A DNA stretch of 64,000 bases, from positions 7,679 through 71,678 of the forward strand of contig DCUV01000057.1 of NCBI GenBank assembly GCA_002328585.1, in the 5' to 3' direction. This stretch comes from Spirochaetia bacterium UBA2205. Lineage in GTDB: Bacteria > Spirochaetota > UBA4802 > UB4802. The notes beneath the pieces are model-generated. The model saw only the letters and a list, made by a program, of their open reading frames with translations, had not been told where the DNA came from and did no database searches. The stretch's first letter is position 1. Each line of letters starts with the position of its first letter. The translations under genes were made by a program, and so were the position numbers. Below are positions 54,055 to 64,000 of this stretch, one piece after another.

Positions 54055-54912
54055 TTAATGTGCATGCATTGAGGTACCAATAAACATTGCCGAAAGTACT
54101 GCAAATATATATGCCTGTATAAAAGCAACCAACAACTCAAGCAAATATATCATCAATGAACCTGCTACCGAACCTATGCCAACCCAGTAACTCTGAAACA
54201 TCATTACCAGATAAATAAATATTATTATTACAACATGTCCTGCTGTCATATTTGCAAAAAGTCGGACTGTTAAAGCAAATGGCTTAATCAATAATCCAAT
54301 AATTTCAATAGGATACATTAGCGGCAAAACAAACGCAGGCACCCCGTGTGGTACAAGCCCTACCCAATAACCAAAAATACCCTGCTTGACCATACCCACT
54401 CCTATCATTCCAATGAGCGTACAAAGCGCCAATCCACCCGTAACAGCCAGGTTGCCAGTTGCAGTAGACATACCTGGAATAAGTCCCATCAGATTACAAA
54501 AAAGAATAAAGAAAAAAACAGTAAGGAAATAAGGCATTGCCTTTTTAACATAATGATGATCAAAATTTGGCTCTACAACCTCATCATGTATAAATGCAAT
54601 TAACACTTCCCATAGATTAACCCAGCGGGACCTGGAACCATAAGCAGAATTTTTTATTTTACGGGCTACGGGAATAAAAATAAGTAAGCAGATCAAAGCA
54701 GCTATCCACAGCATTATAACCCATCTGGTGATAGTCATATCGAAAATACCAAAAAGTTTTTCATGAAAAAAAAGATTATTGATTTTACCAATGAAACCAT
54801 CGTGAATAGGGTGATCAGTAAGATGGTGCATGACTATATCGTACATCGATTCTTCTTCACCGCTTGTTGAAGATTGAATAATAACTGGTAAACTTTGTAG
54901 CAGCCGAATCAT
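54055..54912 (-). CDS. atpB: ATP synthase a subunit
   Basis: N..GLIP, TATGN, KPFAL..RLFANM.AGH, IQAYIF. Confidence 0.96.
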   Translation of the reverse strand: MIRLLQSLPVIIQSSTSGEEESMYDIVMHHLTDHPIHDGFIGKINNLFFHEKLFGIFDMTITRWVIMLWIAALICLLIFIPVARKIKNSAYGSRSRWVNLWEVLIAFIHDEVVEPNFDHHYVKKAMPYFLTVFFFILFCNLMGLIPGMSTATGNLAVTGGLALCTLIGMIGVGMVKQGIFGYWVGLVPHGVPAFVLPLMYPIEIIGLLIKPFALTVRLFANMTAGHVVIIIFIYLVMMFQSYWVGIGSVAGSLMIYLLELLVAFIQAYIFAVLSAMFIGTSMHAH

Positions 54913-54967
54913 AACTTTACATACCTCATCAACTTTTTTTTGTTATTGTATTGATGCAACGTCATTG

Positions 54968-55240
54968 TTACAACCATTTACGCCTTTTAGAACCGCTACT
55001 GTTACTATCATCTGCCTGTTGGGATCGTTTCAGCAATTGATCCAACTCGGATAAACTTTTCATCAAATTGTAAAAACCTATGCCCATTCCAAGTACAGTA
55101 CCTATAACCACAAACAGAGGACTGCTGTTGAAATGTTGATCAAGAAAAAAACCACCATAAAGAAAAACAAGAATCGTAATTGCAAGCTGTATTCCTATAA
55201 CTGAATATCCAAGTATGATTCTTGTAACATCCTTTTTCAC
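54968..55240 (-). CDS. atpZ: AtpZ/AtpI-family small membrane protein
   Basis: IG..LA, G..LD..F...P.F...G..LG...G; first gene of the atp operon; RBS GAGG. Confidence 0.85.
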   Translation of the reverse strand: MKKDVTRIILGYSVIGIQLAITILVFLYGGFFLDQHFNSSPLFVVIGTVLGMGIGFYNLMKSLSELDQLLKRSQQADDSNSSGSKRRKWL

Positions 55241-55487
55241 TTACACCTCAAATATCAGTGTTGGATTCCATACAAACACCATAGCTTTTTTTGTCAACAA
55301 AATAAGTCTTATTTTTTTTAAAAAAATATTATTGTTATCATATGAAATTTTATATGTCAAATATAATTATCCTATTTATTGTCATGTAACAATAAAAATT
55401 AGAATTGCTTTTTGATATTATCTTTTTCTTTTTTATAGTCGATACAATAAATAATTAGAATGTAATCGCTTATGCTGAGGTTTACAA

Positions 55488-55739
55488 ATGAAATTATCTA
55501 TTAAGCTAATCGAAAATAATAATGAATTTATTGCAACCTGCCCTGAACTTGATATTAGTTGTTATGCAACAAACAAACATGAAGCAATAAAAAGAATACA
55601 GAATATATTATTTTTTTATATGCAATCAGCTCAAGAATTGGGATTTAGCGTAGAAAATTTTGAAACAATTGATGTTGATGGGAAACATTATCTCCTTAAA
55701 TATGATATCTGTCCTACAAACAATTCTACTCTTCATTAA
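55488..55739 (+). CDS. HicB-like RNase H-fold antitoxin domain protein (orphan)
   Basis: FIA.CPEL.I..YA....EA...I pattern; RBS GAGG. Confidence 0.7.
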   Translation: MKLSIKLIENNNEFIATCPELDISCYATNKHEAIKRIQNILFFYMQSAQELGFSVENFETIDVDGKHYLLKYDICPTNNSTLH

Positions 55740-55880
55740 GTAAAATCAAGAAATTGTTTTATAACATTAATATACACCATCTCGATTGCCCACAGTACAA
55801 TTCAAAGTATCAATAAATAGAGAGGAGTTGCCCATAGCCGGTCTACAGCCATCCATACGGGATGGGAATAATCAGCAACA

Positions 55881-55941
55881 GCCACCCTGAACTTTGATTC
55901 AGAATCTAATTATGGAGATTCCGAATTAAGCCCAGAACGAC
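55881..55941. repeat. Highly degenerate family B REP doublet
   Basis: GCCACCCTGAACTTTGATTCAGAATCT...GAGATTCCGAATTAAGCCCAGAACGAC. Confidence 0.6.
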
Positions 55942-56063
55942 GTTTATCAATAATTCTATTTTCAAAGGAGAAATCATTTTTTGATAATATGATTCTTCCT
56001 CACCATTTTTATCTTAACATATCCCATTAATATTTACCATTGAAAATTTATGAGAATATATTT

Positions 56064-57449
56064 TCATTTTCCCTCAAGCTCATCTTCATTGACACTAAAT
56101 TTATAGATATGCAACATATCCCGTTTCCATTTTGCTAAATTATCAGCTCTTTTTTTTCTATAAATCATCATTGCTATTTGATCTTTTACTTTGTCAAAAG
56201 ATATAATCTGCTTTTCAGTTTTTCCTTTCTGATTTGTATAGGTTGTAAAGCGTGTATCTTTGTATTTTTCATATTCATCACGTACTTCCTTAGGAGTTAC
56301 GGTTACATCCCTACCAGCAATATAATCCATATATTCTTTAGCAAATAACATTTGCTTTCGCTTTTCTACTTCCTTTTTTAATTCTTCACCATTATGCATA
56401 TTTTCATTTATAGCTGCTCTTCTCAGCAATGCTACTTTAAATGCATTCTTTGCTATATCAACTTTTTTTGTATCTTCAATTGCAGATTGATGAATCATTG
56501 GTTGATCATGTTTAAAATATGAAATCCTTTTTTCCAGATCCCCAACAGTAAAGATAGTATCTCCAACTTTATAAATAATATCTTTAGCATTTTTACTTTT
56601 ACATTTTTGTTCGTTAAATTGGACATCCTGTGCAGACATTAAATTATCAATATAATTGTTTGATGCCTTCCTGAGTAAAATCTGTTCAAGGCGTTTAGCT
56701 TGCATCTCATCTTTAATTATTTTATTCAAATTCTTCTTTGTAATATTCTGTTTCTCAACAATTTGAATTATGTATATACCATTCTCTGCACGGATTGGCG
56801 TTTCTAACAATCCAATATTAGCTTCATTGATAACCTGGTATAGTGAAGGTTGTATCATGTCTTTAACTATATATCCAATATCCCCACCATTTTTCTTTGA
56901 AAAGTCATCAGAGAACTGTTTTGCCAGATCTTCAAATTTTTCACCATTTTTTAATCTGGCAATTATTTCTCTGGCTTTATTCTCAACATCGCCATAAGCC
57001 TTTTCCAATTCAGATTTCGTTAAATTTACTCGCTTATTGTTAACAATTTTGAAGTCTCTTACTCGCAAAAATATTTGTTTAATGTGGAATGCTGGTTCAT
57101 TGAAATCTGTGTTTTTCTTGATTTTTTTATCATATAATGCTTTCAACAAAACCGATTCAAAAGCCATATCTTCTAAAAATTTAAGCTTTTCAGATACTTG
57201 CAAATTATCTTTTTGCATCTCTTTCAGAGCTATAGATTCAATTGCCATAAGCTCCAGTCTATCCCTTTGCTGTTTTTTATTTTTTAAAATTGTTTCAACT
57301 GGAAATTGTTTATCCTCCAACCATTGTTTAAACTGACCCCGTGTAATAGTAGTGTCACCATAGCGTGCAAGGATATCAGAATTACATTTGCACCCAATAT
57401 AAGTAAGCATAATGATTATTACAAACAATGCAGCAATAAGTTTTTTCAT
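56064..57449 (-). CDS. Parvulin-type peptidyl-prolyl isomerase lipoprotein (PrsA/SurA-like)
   Basis: Lipobox YIGC; FEDLAKQFSDD.S..NGGDIG; G.YII. Confidence 0.85.
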   Translation of the reverse strand: MKKLIAALFVIIIMLTYIGCKCNSDILARYGDTTITRGQFKQWLEDKQFPVETILKNKKQQRDRLELMAIESIALKEMQKDNLQVSEKLKFLEDMAFESVLLKALYDKKIKKNTDFNEPAFHIKQIFLRVRDFKIVNNKRVNLTKSELEKAYGDVENKAREIIARLKNGEKFEDLAKQFSDDFSKKNGGDIGYIVKDMIQPSLYQVINEANIGLLETPIRAENGIYIIQIVEKQNITKKNLNKIIKDEMQAKRLEQILLRKASNNYIDNLMSAQDVQFNEQKCKSKNAKDIIYKVGDTIFTVGDLEKRISYFKHDQPMIHQSAIEDTKKVDIAKNAFKVALLRRAAINENMHNGEELKKEVEKRKQMLFAKEYMDYIAGRDVTVTPKEVRDEYEKYKDTRFTTYTNQKGKTEKQIISFDKVKDQIAMMIYRKKRADNLAKWKRDMLHIYKFSVNEDELEGK

Positions 57450-57709
57450 AATATAATCCTCCGAAAATAAAATGGTAAATTAAGAAAAGAACCATGGTTT
57501 TTTAACAATATCATGGAATAAAATATATCTTTATTCATTCAATTTTATATTTTCTGAAAATCTATATGGCAAAAACCAATATTTTTTGCAATTAACTTTT
57601 TAAAAAAAATTATTTTAATTGCTATTGACAGAATTGAATATTTAATTATTGTACTCACATTAGTTCTACATTAAGATTTTACAATAATTTTATAAGTGAT
57701 AGTTACCCT

Positions 57710-58243
57710 ATGCGCGACAAAGCCTTTTATAAAAATAGATTGTTTTCGTTGCTAAACCATGATGCTGCCATCGATTGTGAAACATTGATTGAATACGGAT
57801 ACGATGCTATTGAAAAAGGAAACTTCATAAAAGCATTCAGATTGTTTATGTTAGGTTATCGTTTAATAGGGAATAATGCTGAAATCCTTAATGGTATGGC
57901 ACTTTCATTATGCGAGCTTGGTAAATTAAAATTTTCTAAAAGTATTTTGTTATTTGCACTAAAAAAGTTTCACGATAACGTATTATTATTAACAAACCTT
58001 GCAACTGTATACTTTGAAGAATATAATTATGATAAGGCAATCTTTTATTATACAAAAGCAATTTCCATTGATCCTTTTTTTATTGAAGCCCATATAAATC
58101 TTGTTAATGTCTATTTTGAGCGTGGTGATATCTTTATGGCATACATAGCCTGCCTTAACCTTTTACAAAAACATCCTGATAATTTTGAAGCTCAAGAATT
58201 ATGTGACGATATCATCATTAATATGGGTTTGTCACTGGTTTAA
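57710..58243 (+). CDS. TPR-repeat protein
   Basis: Repeated NLA.VY....Y..A...Y.KA...DP helices. Confidence 0.8.
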   Translation: MRDKAFYKNRLFSLLNHDAAIDCETLIEYGYDAIEKGNFIKAFRLFMLGYRLIGNNAEILNGMALSLCELGKLKFSKSILLFALKKFHDNVLLLTNLATVYFEEYNYDKAIFYYTKAISIDPFFIEAHINLVNVYFERGDIFMAYIACLNLLQKHPDNFEAQELCDDIIINMGLSLV

Positions 58244-58662
58244 TCGTTTTTTGGCAGTTCACCTTTTAAACTAATCTTCCATTGCCCATTTTCTTTTATC
58301 AATCTATGTTTAATTGTCATGCCTATAGCATTTAGTTTTTTATGTTTAACGCATTGTACGGTTACCCATGCTTCGTTGCCAGTTCTGGACACTGCAACAA
58401 CTTCCCATATAGCATTGTTATCATGATGCACCCAAATATAAGGATACATGGTTCCCGCATCTTTCTTTAATGTTTCAATATATTGTATTGAATCTCTATC
58501 CAGATAGTCATGCAATTTCTTTTCATCAGTCGTTGTAAGATAGTTAATAACAACATTAGCAGCATCATCAACAGGAGCTTTGCTGCAAGATAGAATTATT
58601 ATCAAAAGAAGCAGTGAATATTTTTTTACTTTATTTTTTACTTTATATGATATATTTCCCAA
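58240..58662 (-). CDS. Putative lipoprotein (NTF2/DUF4878-like)
   Basis: Basic n-region, ILSC lipobox, C-terminal L.KENGQWKI; probable TTG start at 58662 after GGAG. Confidence 0.65.
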   Translation of the reverse strand: MGNISYKVKNKVKKYSLLLLIIILSCSKAPVDDAANVVINYLTTTDEKKLHDYLDRDSIQYIETLKKDAGTMYPYIWVHHDNNAIWEVVAVSRTGNEAWVTVQCVKHKKLNAIGMTIKHRLIKENGQWKISLKGELPKND

Positions 58663-58696
58663 ATCGCATTCTCCAAAAATAGAATTATTATCTATG

Positions 58697-58868
58697 GTCA
58701 TTCCGGGTTTACCCCAGAATCTCAATCATTATCAAAGATCCTGAAAAAAGTTCAGGACATGATTCAGGATGAAACACCACAACATTGTCATCCTGAGGGA
58801 GCATTAGCAACCGAAGAATCCAGGTCTTTCATGCAACGACAAGATTCTTCACTTTGTCTCATAATAAC
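58697..58868. repeat. REP cluster (family B doublet plus family A doublet)
   Basis: GTCATTCCGGGTTTACCCCAGAATCT...GATCCTGAA..TTCAGGA; GTCATCCTGAGGGAGCATTAGCAACCGAAGAATC...AACGACAAGATTCTTCAC. Confidence 0.85.
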
Positions 58869-58914
58869 AATTATAGCAGCAAAACCTTATCCCAAGTTAC
58901 TATCGCACATAAAA

Positions 58915-60120
58915 TTATTCCCATGATTTGCGATAGGATAAACGTTCTTTCAAGGTATAAAAGTCACTCCCCTTGGGAACATCACGCAATCGTGTTCTAA
59001 GAGTATCCTGATCAATCAACTCACTGAATGGTACTGCCTTCAGATCAAAATTGTCAGTTACCGAAACCATTATGCCAAACATGGTTTCATTGTAAAATTT
59101 GTATGCTCCATAACCCAGCATCGCACCTAAAACCACATCAAAGCTGATAGGTGGTGCCGAACGCGTTTCGTAGCCAATCTGTTTGGCAATAATTTTAACC
59201 TCCATGCCAGTTTTTTCCTGATATCGTTTCTTTATACGCTCTGCAAGTATCTCTCCAATTTTGGCTTCTCTATACAGGACGTTTCCATGTTTATCAGTAT
59301 GCTTTGGTTTATACTCATCAGGCAGCTTATCAACAATACCTTCTGAAACAGCTATAACCCCATAGGGACGTCTGTTGTTTTCACGTGCCAGTATAACATT
59401 GGTAATTTTATCAACTAAAACTTCTAAATCAAGCACATCCTCTTCAATATCTTCAGCAGCAATCATCATTATTGCTTCAGCCGCTATTCCCGCTGCATAG
59501 GTAATCCAACCTGCTTTGCGCCCCATAAGCTCAACAATAAAAAAACTATCCGTTGACTGAGCATCTGCCTTGAGATTAAGTATAGATTTTTGTGCTGTAT
59601 CGATAGCCGTCCAGTAACCAAAAGTCCATGGAATACCATAGTAATCATTATCAATTGTTTTGGGAATGTGGATAACAGGAAACCCCAAAAGGTTGAGGTA
59701 ATTTGCAGTTTTTAATGTATCATCACCTCCAATCGATATCAAAGCCCCAATTTTTAGATATTCAAATGCATCTAATATGTTGTTAAGCTTTTTTACTTTT
59801 TCAGAATCTTTAATGTCCTGAATTGTTTTTATATCTTTTCCTGGATTTGCTCGCGATGTTTTTAGATATATTCCACGCTCATTGCGGACATGAGTTATTG
59901 AATAGTCTAACTCTTCAAAATGGACACCCTTTTTGATTTTAGGATAGTTAATATTAAAGTCCTGTAAAAATTCATACCCCCTGTAAAAGCCAATAACTGG
60001 TATACCATTATCTAAAAAGTTTAAAGCAACGGATGATATAACGGTATTGGCACTTGGTGCAGGGCCACCAGAAAAAAGCATCCCAACCCTTTTGTAAGCA
60101 GGTCGTAATTTCATATACAA
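58915..60120 (-). CDS. pfkA: 6-phosphofructokinase, PPi-dependent signature
   Basis: SGGPAP, IGGDDT, PKTIDND, ELMGR.AG, GYE.RS. Confidence 0.9.
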   Translation of the reverse strand: MYMKLRPAYKRVGMLFSGGPAPSANTVISSVALNFLDNGIPVIGFYRGYEFLQDFNINYPKIKKGVHFEELDYSITHVRNERGIYLKTSRANPGKDIKTIQDIKDSEKVKKLNNILDAFEYLKIGALISIGGDDTLKTANYLNLLGFPVIHIPKTIDNDYYGIPWTFGYWTAIDTAQKSILNLKADAQSTDSFFIVELMGRKAGWITYAAGIAAEAIMMIAAEDIEEDVLDLEVLVDKITNVILARENNRRPYGVIAVSEGIVDKLPDEYKPKHTDKHGNVLYREAKIGEILAERIKKRYQEKTGMEVKIIAKQIGYETRSAPPISFDVVLGAMLGYGAYKFYNETMFGIMVSVTDNFDLKAVPFSELIDQDTLRTRLRDVPKGSDFYTLKERLSYRKSWE

Positions 60121-60198
60121 TCCTCGTTTTTAAAATTCTATAATAAGCAATCCCGGTTAAATAATACTTTTATATGTGTTTTATAGCAATTAAAATTT

Positions 60199-60873
60199 TT
60201 ATTGTTTCAGAATAACCAGTGCATCAACAGCAACCGGTTTATTACCATTAATAATAATTGGATTGATATCAATCTCAGCTATTTCTTCATACGTATTGAT
60301 AAGTTCACTTAAACCAACTAAGGCTCCGGCAAGCATTTCCTTATCCACAGCAGGCGAACCTCTAAAGGCTCCTAATAGTTTTTTTGTCTTCAGTTCATCC
60401 ATCATTTCATATGCGTCTATACTGGTTATTGGAGCAACCCTGAACGAAACATCCTGCAATGCCTCGGTGAATACACCACCCAGCCCAAACATAACACATG
60501 GACCAAACTGTGGATCTCTAATAGAACCTAATACAAATTCCCTGTTATCCCCATCAAGCCACTCCTGCACCAGAACACCATCAAGCGGTATACCTTTATC
60601 AGCAATTTCATCATAGGCATTGGCTACATCTTTTTTTGTCTTCAGTTTTAACTTGACCATTCCTAATTCAGTTTTATGAGTTAACGTATCAGAACATCCT
60701 TTTAAAACCACCGGAAATCCCAACTTCTGTGCATATTCAATTGCCTCCTCTTTGCTTTTTGCCAGATAGTTCCTTGAAACAGGTATCCCTGCCATTTTCA
60801 TCAATTGTTTTGAATCAAACTCAGATAATGCTTTTTGTCGTTTAGCAATAGCCTGTTCTAAAATTTCACGCAT
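60199..60873 (-). CDS. acdB: ADP-forming acyl-CoA ligase beta subunit (ATP-grasp)
   Basis: GFPVVLK, HKTE.G.V, DPQFGP..MFGLGG, DINP, VDA; start placed at ATG 60873. Confidence 0.9.
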   Translation of the reverse strand: MREILEQAIAKRQKALSEFDSKQLMKMAGIPVSRNYLAKSKEEAIEYAQKLGFPVVLKGCSDTLTHKTELGMVKLKLKTKKDVANAYDEIADKGIPLDGVLVQEWLDGDNREFVLGSIRDPQFGPCVMFGLGGVFTEALQDVSFRVAPITSIDAYEMMDELKTKKLLGAFRGSPAVDKEMLAGALVGLSELINTYEEIAEIDINPIIINGNKPVAVDALVILKQ

Positions 60874-62332
60874 ATACCATACTCCTTTTGGTAACGTAAT
60901 TATAATAGTTATACATCTTTGCAACACACAACACAGCCTCTTCAGGCGTATCATAAATGACGCACTTAAACCTGCCACCACAATCATGAATTGTTTCATC
61001 TTCAAAAGATTTTGAAAATGATACCGTTACTATAGGCTTGTTGTAAATTGCCATTAATTCTGTTAATCTGTCAAGAAATTCCTTTTCTAATACCCTTAAT
61101 GATTTCATAAAATCATCATAAATACTTTTTTCCATTTTCCCCAGATTTAAAATTGACTCTGCAGCACGCAAAGCAAAAACTTTTGCGCCAATTATTCCCA
61201 ATACTATCACTACATCAAATGCATCATTAGCAACCATCAATTCAACAGCATCTTTAAAAATCTGGAAATCAGGTTGCCCAACCAGATCAACGGGATTTCC
61301 TCTGCTCCAGAATGGAGGTAATCGTTTATCAAGCTCTTCTATAATTGATTGTGGCAACTCAGGAATTAAAAGTCCGCGTTCAACACATTCATCTGCTGTT
61401 ATCACTCCCCAGCCACCACCCAATGTAACAATACCAATTCTATTTCCTTTCGGTAAAGGGAATGAGTCAAAAGCTGCCGAAAGGCTCAAAAGCTCTTTAG
61501 GTGATTCAGCCATGACAATTCCTGTTTGTTGCACAGCGCCTTTAAATACAGAATATGAACCAGCCAGTGCTCCTGTATGTGATGCTGCTGCTTTGCTTCC
61601 TATTTCAGTTCTCCCTGCTTTCAGCGCTATTATTGGCTTTTTTAATGAAGTATTTTTTGCAATCTCAACAAAACTCTTACCATCATCAATTCCTTCAATA
61701 TACATCAGTATTACTTTTGTTTCGCTATCGCTTTTATAATATTCAAGATAATCTTCAATCTTTAATACTGCCTCATTACCTGAACCAACAAATTTAGATA
61801 TCCCAATATTCTGACTTCTTGCCCATTCCAAAATCTGGAATCCTAAATTGCCGCTTTGCGCAATAATTGATATTCCGCCAGGTTTTGGCCGGGTGATAGT
61901 TCCTGTAGCATACAATGAGCAGTGTGTATTGACAATACCCATAGTATTGGGTCCAACAATATGCAATCCCCGTGATTGAGCTAATGCAACAATATCATTT
62001 TCTAACATTGCCCCTTCTTTGCCAGTTTCACTAAAACCTGATGTTATCATAACAATATTGGTTATACCCTTCTCTATGCAATCTTGTAATATGTGCATAA
62101 TTGTTTTAGAAGGCGTTGTTATAAATACAAGATCTACCGGTTCCGGAATATCCAATAATGAAGGATATGTTTTATATCCAAAAACCTCTGGAACATTAGG
62201 ATTAACAGGATAAAACCTTCCATTAAATTTCCCATCTAAAATATTACCTGCAATATACGTCCCCCATTTCAATGGAACTTCAGAAGCCCCAACAACAGCA
62301 ACTGAGCCTGGATTAAACAAACTTTCAATCAT
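60866..62332 (-). CDS. acdA: ADP-forming acyl-CoA ligase alpha subunit
   Basis: P.SVAVVGAS, SGFSE, GPNTMG, QSG, GNEA, SHTGALAG (phospho-His), NPVDL. Confidence 0.92.
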   Translation of the reverse strand: MIESLFNPGSVAVVGASEVPLKWGTYIAGNILDGKFNGRFYPVNPNVPEVFGYKTYPSLLDIPEPVDLVFITTPSKTIMHILQDCIEKGITNIVMITSGFSETGKEGAMLENDIVALAQSRGLHIVGPNTMGIVNTHCSLYATGTITRPKPGGISIIAQSGNLGFQILEWARSQNIGISKFVGSGNEAVLKIEDYLEYYKSDSETKVILMYIEGIDDGKSFVEIAKNTSLKKPIIALKAGRTEIGSKAAASHTGALAGSYSVFKGAVQQTGIVMAESPKELLSLSAAFDSFPLPKGNRIGIVTLGGGWGVITADECVERGLLIPELPQSIIEELDKRLPPFWSRGNPVDLVGQPDFQIFKDAVELMVANDAFDVVIVLGIIGAKVFALRAAESILNLGKMEKSIYDDFMKSLRVLEKEFLDRLTELMAIYNKPIVTVSFSKSFEDETIHDCGGRFKCVIYDTPEEAVLCVAKMYNYYNYVTKRSMVYA

Positions 62333-62421
62333 AGTTTACCTCATGGACATTAATATATAATTTGTTTACTATCAATGAATGAATATTATATTTGTATGTC
62401 AACAATTTTGTGGGAAATATT

Positions 62422-63408
62422 TCAGTAGCCTTTTCTCTTTTGCTGTGATTCCCATTTCCAGGCTGTTGCAACAATGGAATCAATATGGGTATAATGAGGT
62501 TGCCATTGCAACTGTAATTTTACTTTATTTGATGAGGCCACCAGAATTGCCGGGTCTCCCTTCCTGCGCTCTCCTTCCTGTATTTTAAAATCCCTACCCG
62601 TGACACGCCTTACTGACTCAATTACCTCTTTTACACTAAAACCTTTACCATTGCCTAAATTAAAAACGTCACTTTGATTTGTTTCAATAAGCTTTTTCAA
62701 TGCTAAAATATGTGCTTCACCCAGATCATTGACATGGATATAATCCCGTATACATGTTCCATCCGGAGTATCATAGTCGGTTCCGTAAATTGTTACAGTA
62801 TATGAGTCATCAAGGACGGCACGAATTACCAGCGGTATTAAATGTGTTTCGGGCACATGACTTTCACCAATTTGCCCGCTTTCATCAGCTCCTGCTGCAT
62901 TAAAATAGCGTAAACTCATTGCATGGAATGAATCTGATACGGTTAAATCCTTTAACACCTCTTCAATACTATATTTTGTTTTTCCATAGGGGCTTTCCGG
63001 CTTCATAGGACTTTCTTCAAGGATAGGAACAACAGCTGGATTTCCATATACAGCAGCAGATGAAGAAAATATAAATTGTTTGATGTTGGATTGCAACATT
63101 GCCTTGAACAGGGTCAGCGTTTTAGCAACATTATTTTCATAATACTTTAATGGATTTTGTACTGATTCACCAACTGCAATAAAGGACGCAAAATTCATAA
63201 CGCACTGTATATCATACTTTTTTAATACAAACATCACTTTATCAAAATCGCCAATATCACCTTCAATAAAATCAAAACTTGAAACAAAATCTTTAAATCC
63301 GCCGCTGAGATTATCATAGACAACAGGATGGAATCCATTTTTCCTTAGTAGCCGTATAACATGACTGCCAATATACCCTGCTCCACCGGTTACTAAAATG
63401 CTTTTCAT
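62422..63408 (-). CDS. galE: UDP-glucose 4-epimerase
   Basis: VTGGAGYIGSH, VGESV, FSSSAAVYG, YGKTK, LRYFN, DGTCIRDYIHV; ATG 63408 after GGAGG. Confidence 0.95.
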   Translation of the reverse strand: MKSILVTGGAGYIGSHVIRLLRKNGFHPVVYDNLSGGFKDFVSSFDFIEGDIGDFDKVMFVLKKYDIQCVMNFASFIAVGESVQNPLKYYENNVAKTLTLFKAMLQSNIKQFIFSSSAAVYGNPAVVPILEESPMKPESPYGKTKYSIEEVLKDLTVSDSFHAMSLRYFNAAGADESGQIGESHVPETHLIPLVIRAVLDDSYTVTIYGTDYDTPDGTCIRDYIHVNDLGEAHILALKKLIETNQSDVFNLGNGKGFSVKEVIESVRRVTGRDFKIQEGERRKGDPAILVASSNKVKLQLQWQPHYTHIDSIVATAWKWESQQKRKGY

Positions 63409-63441
63409 TAAAATTCCTCCAAAATAGAATTGTGCATCCCG

Positions 63442-63679
63442 GTCATTCTTGATTTGATCAGAAATATCTTTTGTCATTTCGTCCTTCCGGACTTGACCCG
63501 GAATTTCTTTTTTCCCTTCGTCATTCCGGGCTAAATCCGGAATCCAGATACGTAACATTAGATTATCAATCAGCGTTCATGATGAAAAGCCCCAATTGTC
63601 ATTATGAAAAAGCGTTAGCAATTGAAGAATCTATTCTTTCATAAAACGACGATATCCTTCGGCTTAGCCTCAGAATGAC
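63442..63679. repeat. REP cluster: three family B units at 39-bp period plus family A doublet
   Basis: Units start at 63442, 63481 and 63520 (GTCATTCCGG.CT..A.CCGGAAT); family A at 63598-63679. Confidence 0.85.
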
Positions 63680-63781
63680 GATAATCCTCCATTTTTACCT
63701 GTGGTTGGTGATACTGCCAAACCACGTATAACCACAAGATAGTAATGGGCAACTTCTCAAAAAACAGAATAATTATACTAT

Positions 63782-64000
63782 TTAAACCTTTTTATAAAAA
63801 ATGCCTCTGTTTTGCATGACCCTTTTAATTTTACTTTGCGCTTCTAGTTCACCAAGATATTTGTTTATCTCAATAATGCGTACATTAAGAATCTGCGCAA
63901 TATCATCCACCGTACATGGCCTCCGAGCTATAGTCTCTAATATTGCAGATTCAATATCATATCGATAGGCAGCATGAACTTTATCAACATGCGAAGATGG
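63782..64000 (-). CDS. C-terminal fragment of a protein continuing beyond the window (probably COG0731-like radical SAM with HTH-like tail)
   Basis: Manual translation ...IESAILETIARRPCTVDDIAQIL...EINKYLGEL...RGIFYKKV*. Confidence 0.6.
   Translation of the reverse strand, partial: PSSHVDKVHAAYRYDIESAILETIARRPCTVDDIAQILNVRIIEINKYLGELEAQSKIKRVMQNRGIFYKKV

Noticed and set aside
63442-63545. Possible mini CRISPR array (3 units, 39-bp period)
   Set aside because: Repeats are degenerate, spacers are only ~14 nt and similar to each other, units match dispersed REP family B, and no cas genes are present

Overview
Low-GC (roughly 33-36% by eye), gene-dense bacterial chromosomal segment with no prophage, transposase, integrase or CRISPR-Cas. 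The gene content suggests an anaerobe, probably a non-Treponema/Borrelia spirochaete-like lineage (inference from the F-type ATPase with a Leptospira-like c subunit, a membrane-anchored AraC and lipoproteins). Main blocks: a TPP-riboswitch-controlled thiC-thiM-thi4-thiE-thiL operon with a His-type (sulfide-dependent) Thi4; a Grx/FTR pair; yggS-proC-M23; a stand-alone Smr gene near mutS2; FBA-II plus a GH13 glucosidase; an RHH/PIN toxin-antitoxin pair; two acyl-CoA ligases; a CoA-transferase; an ADP-forming acyl-CoA ligase; an orphan EF-G; glnS followed by tRNA-Gln; trpS; degP; apbE; class III FBPase; a complete atp operon; PPi-type PFK; galE. The most unusual signals are non-coding. About eight intergenic islands are mosaics of several decayed REP/REPIN-like palindrome families: one supplies the thiC stop codon and one forms an in-frame 39-bp triple repeat upstream of galE. 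There is also a ~110-bp element present twice in inverted orientation, a 90-nt GC-rich rod hairpin, a recurrent GCGATAGTWACTATCGC-type palindrome and a perfect 22-bp operator-like palindrome. Protein-level oddities are a DLH-type solo Smr next to a DLR-type MutS2, and a NUDIX fused to a helical, possibly globin-like domain. All calls come from motif recognition by eye; no searches were run.
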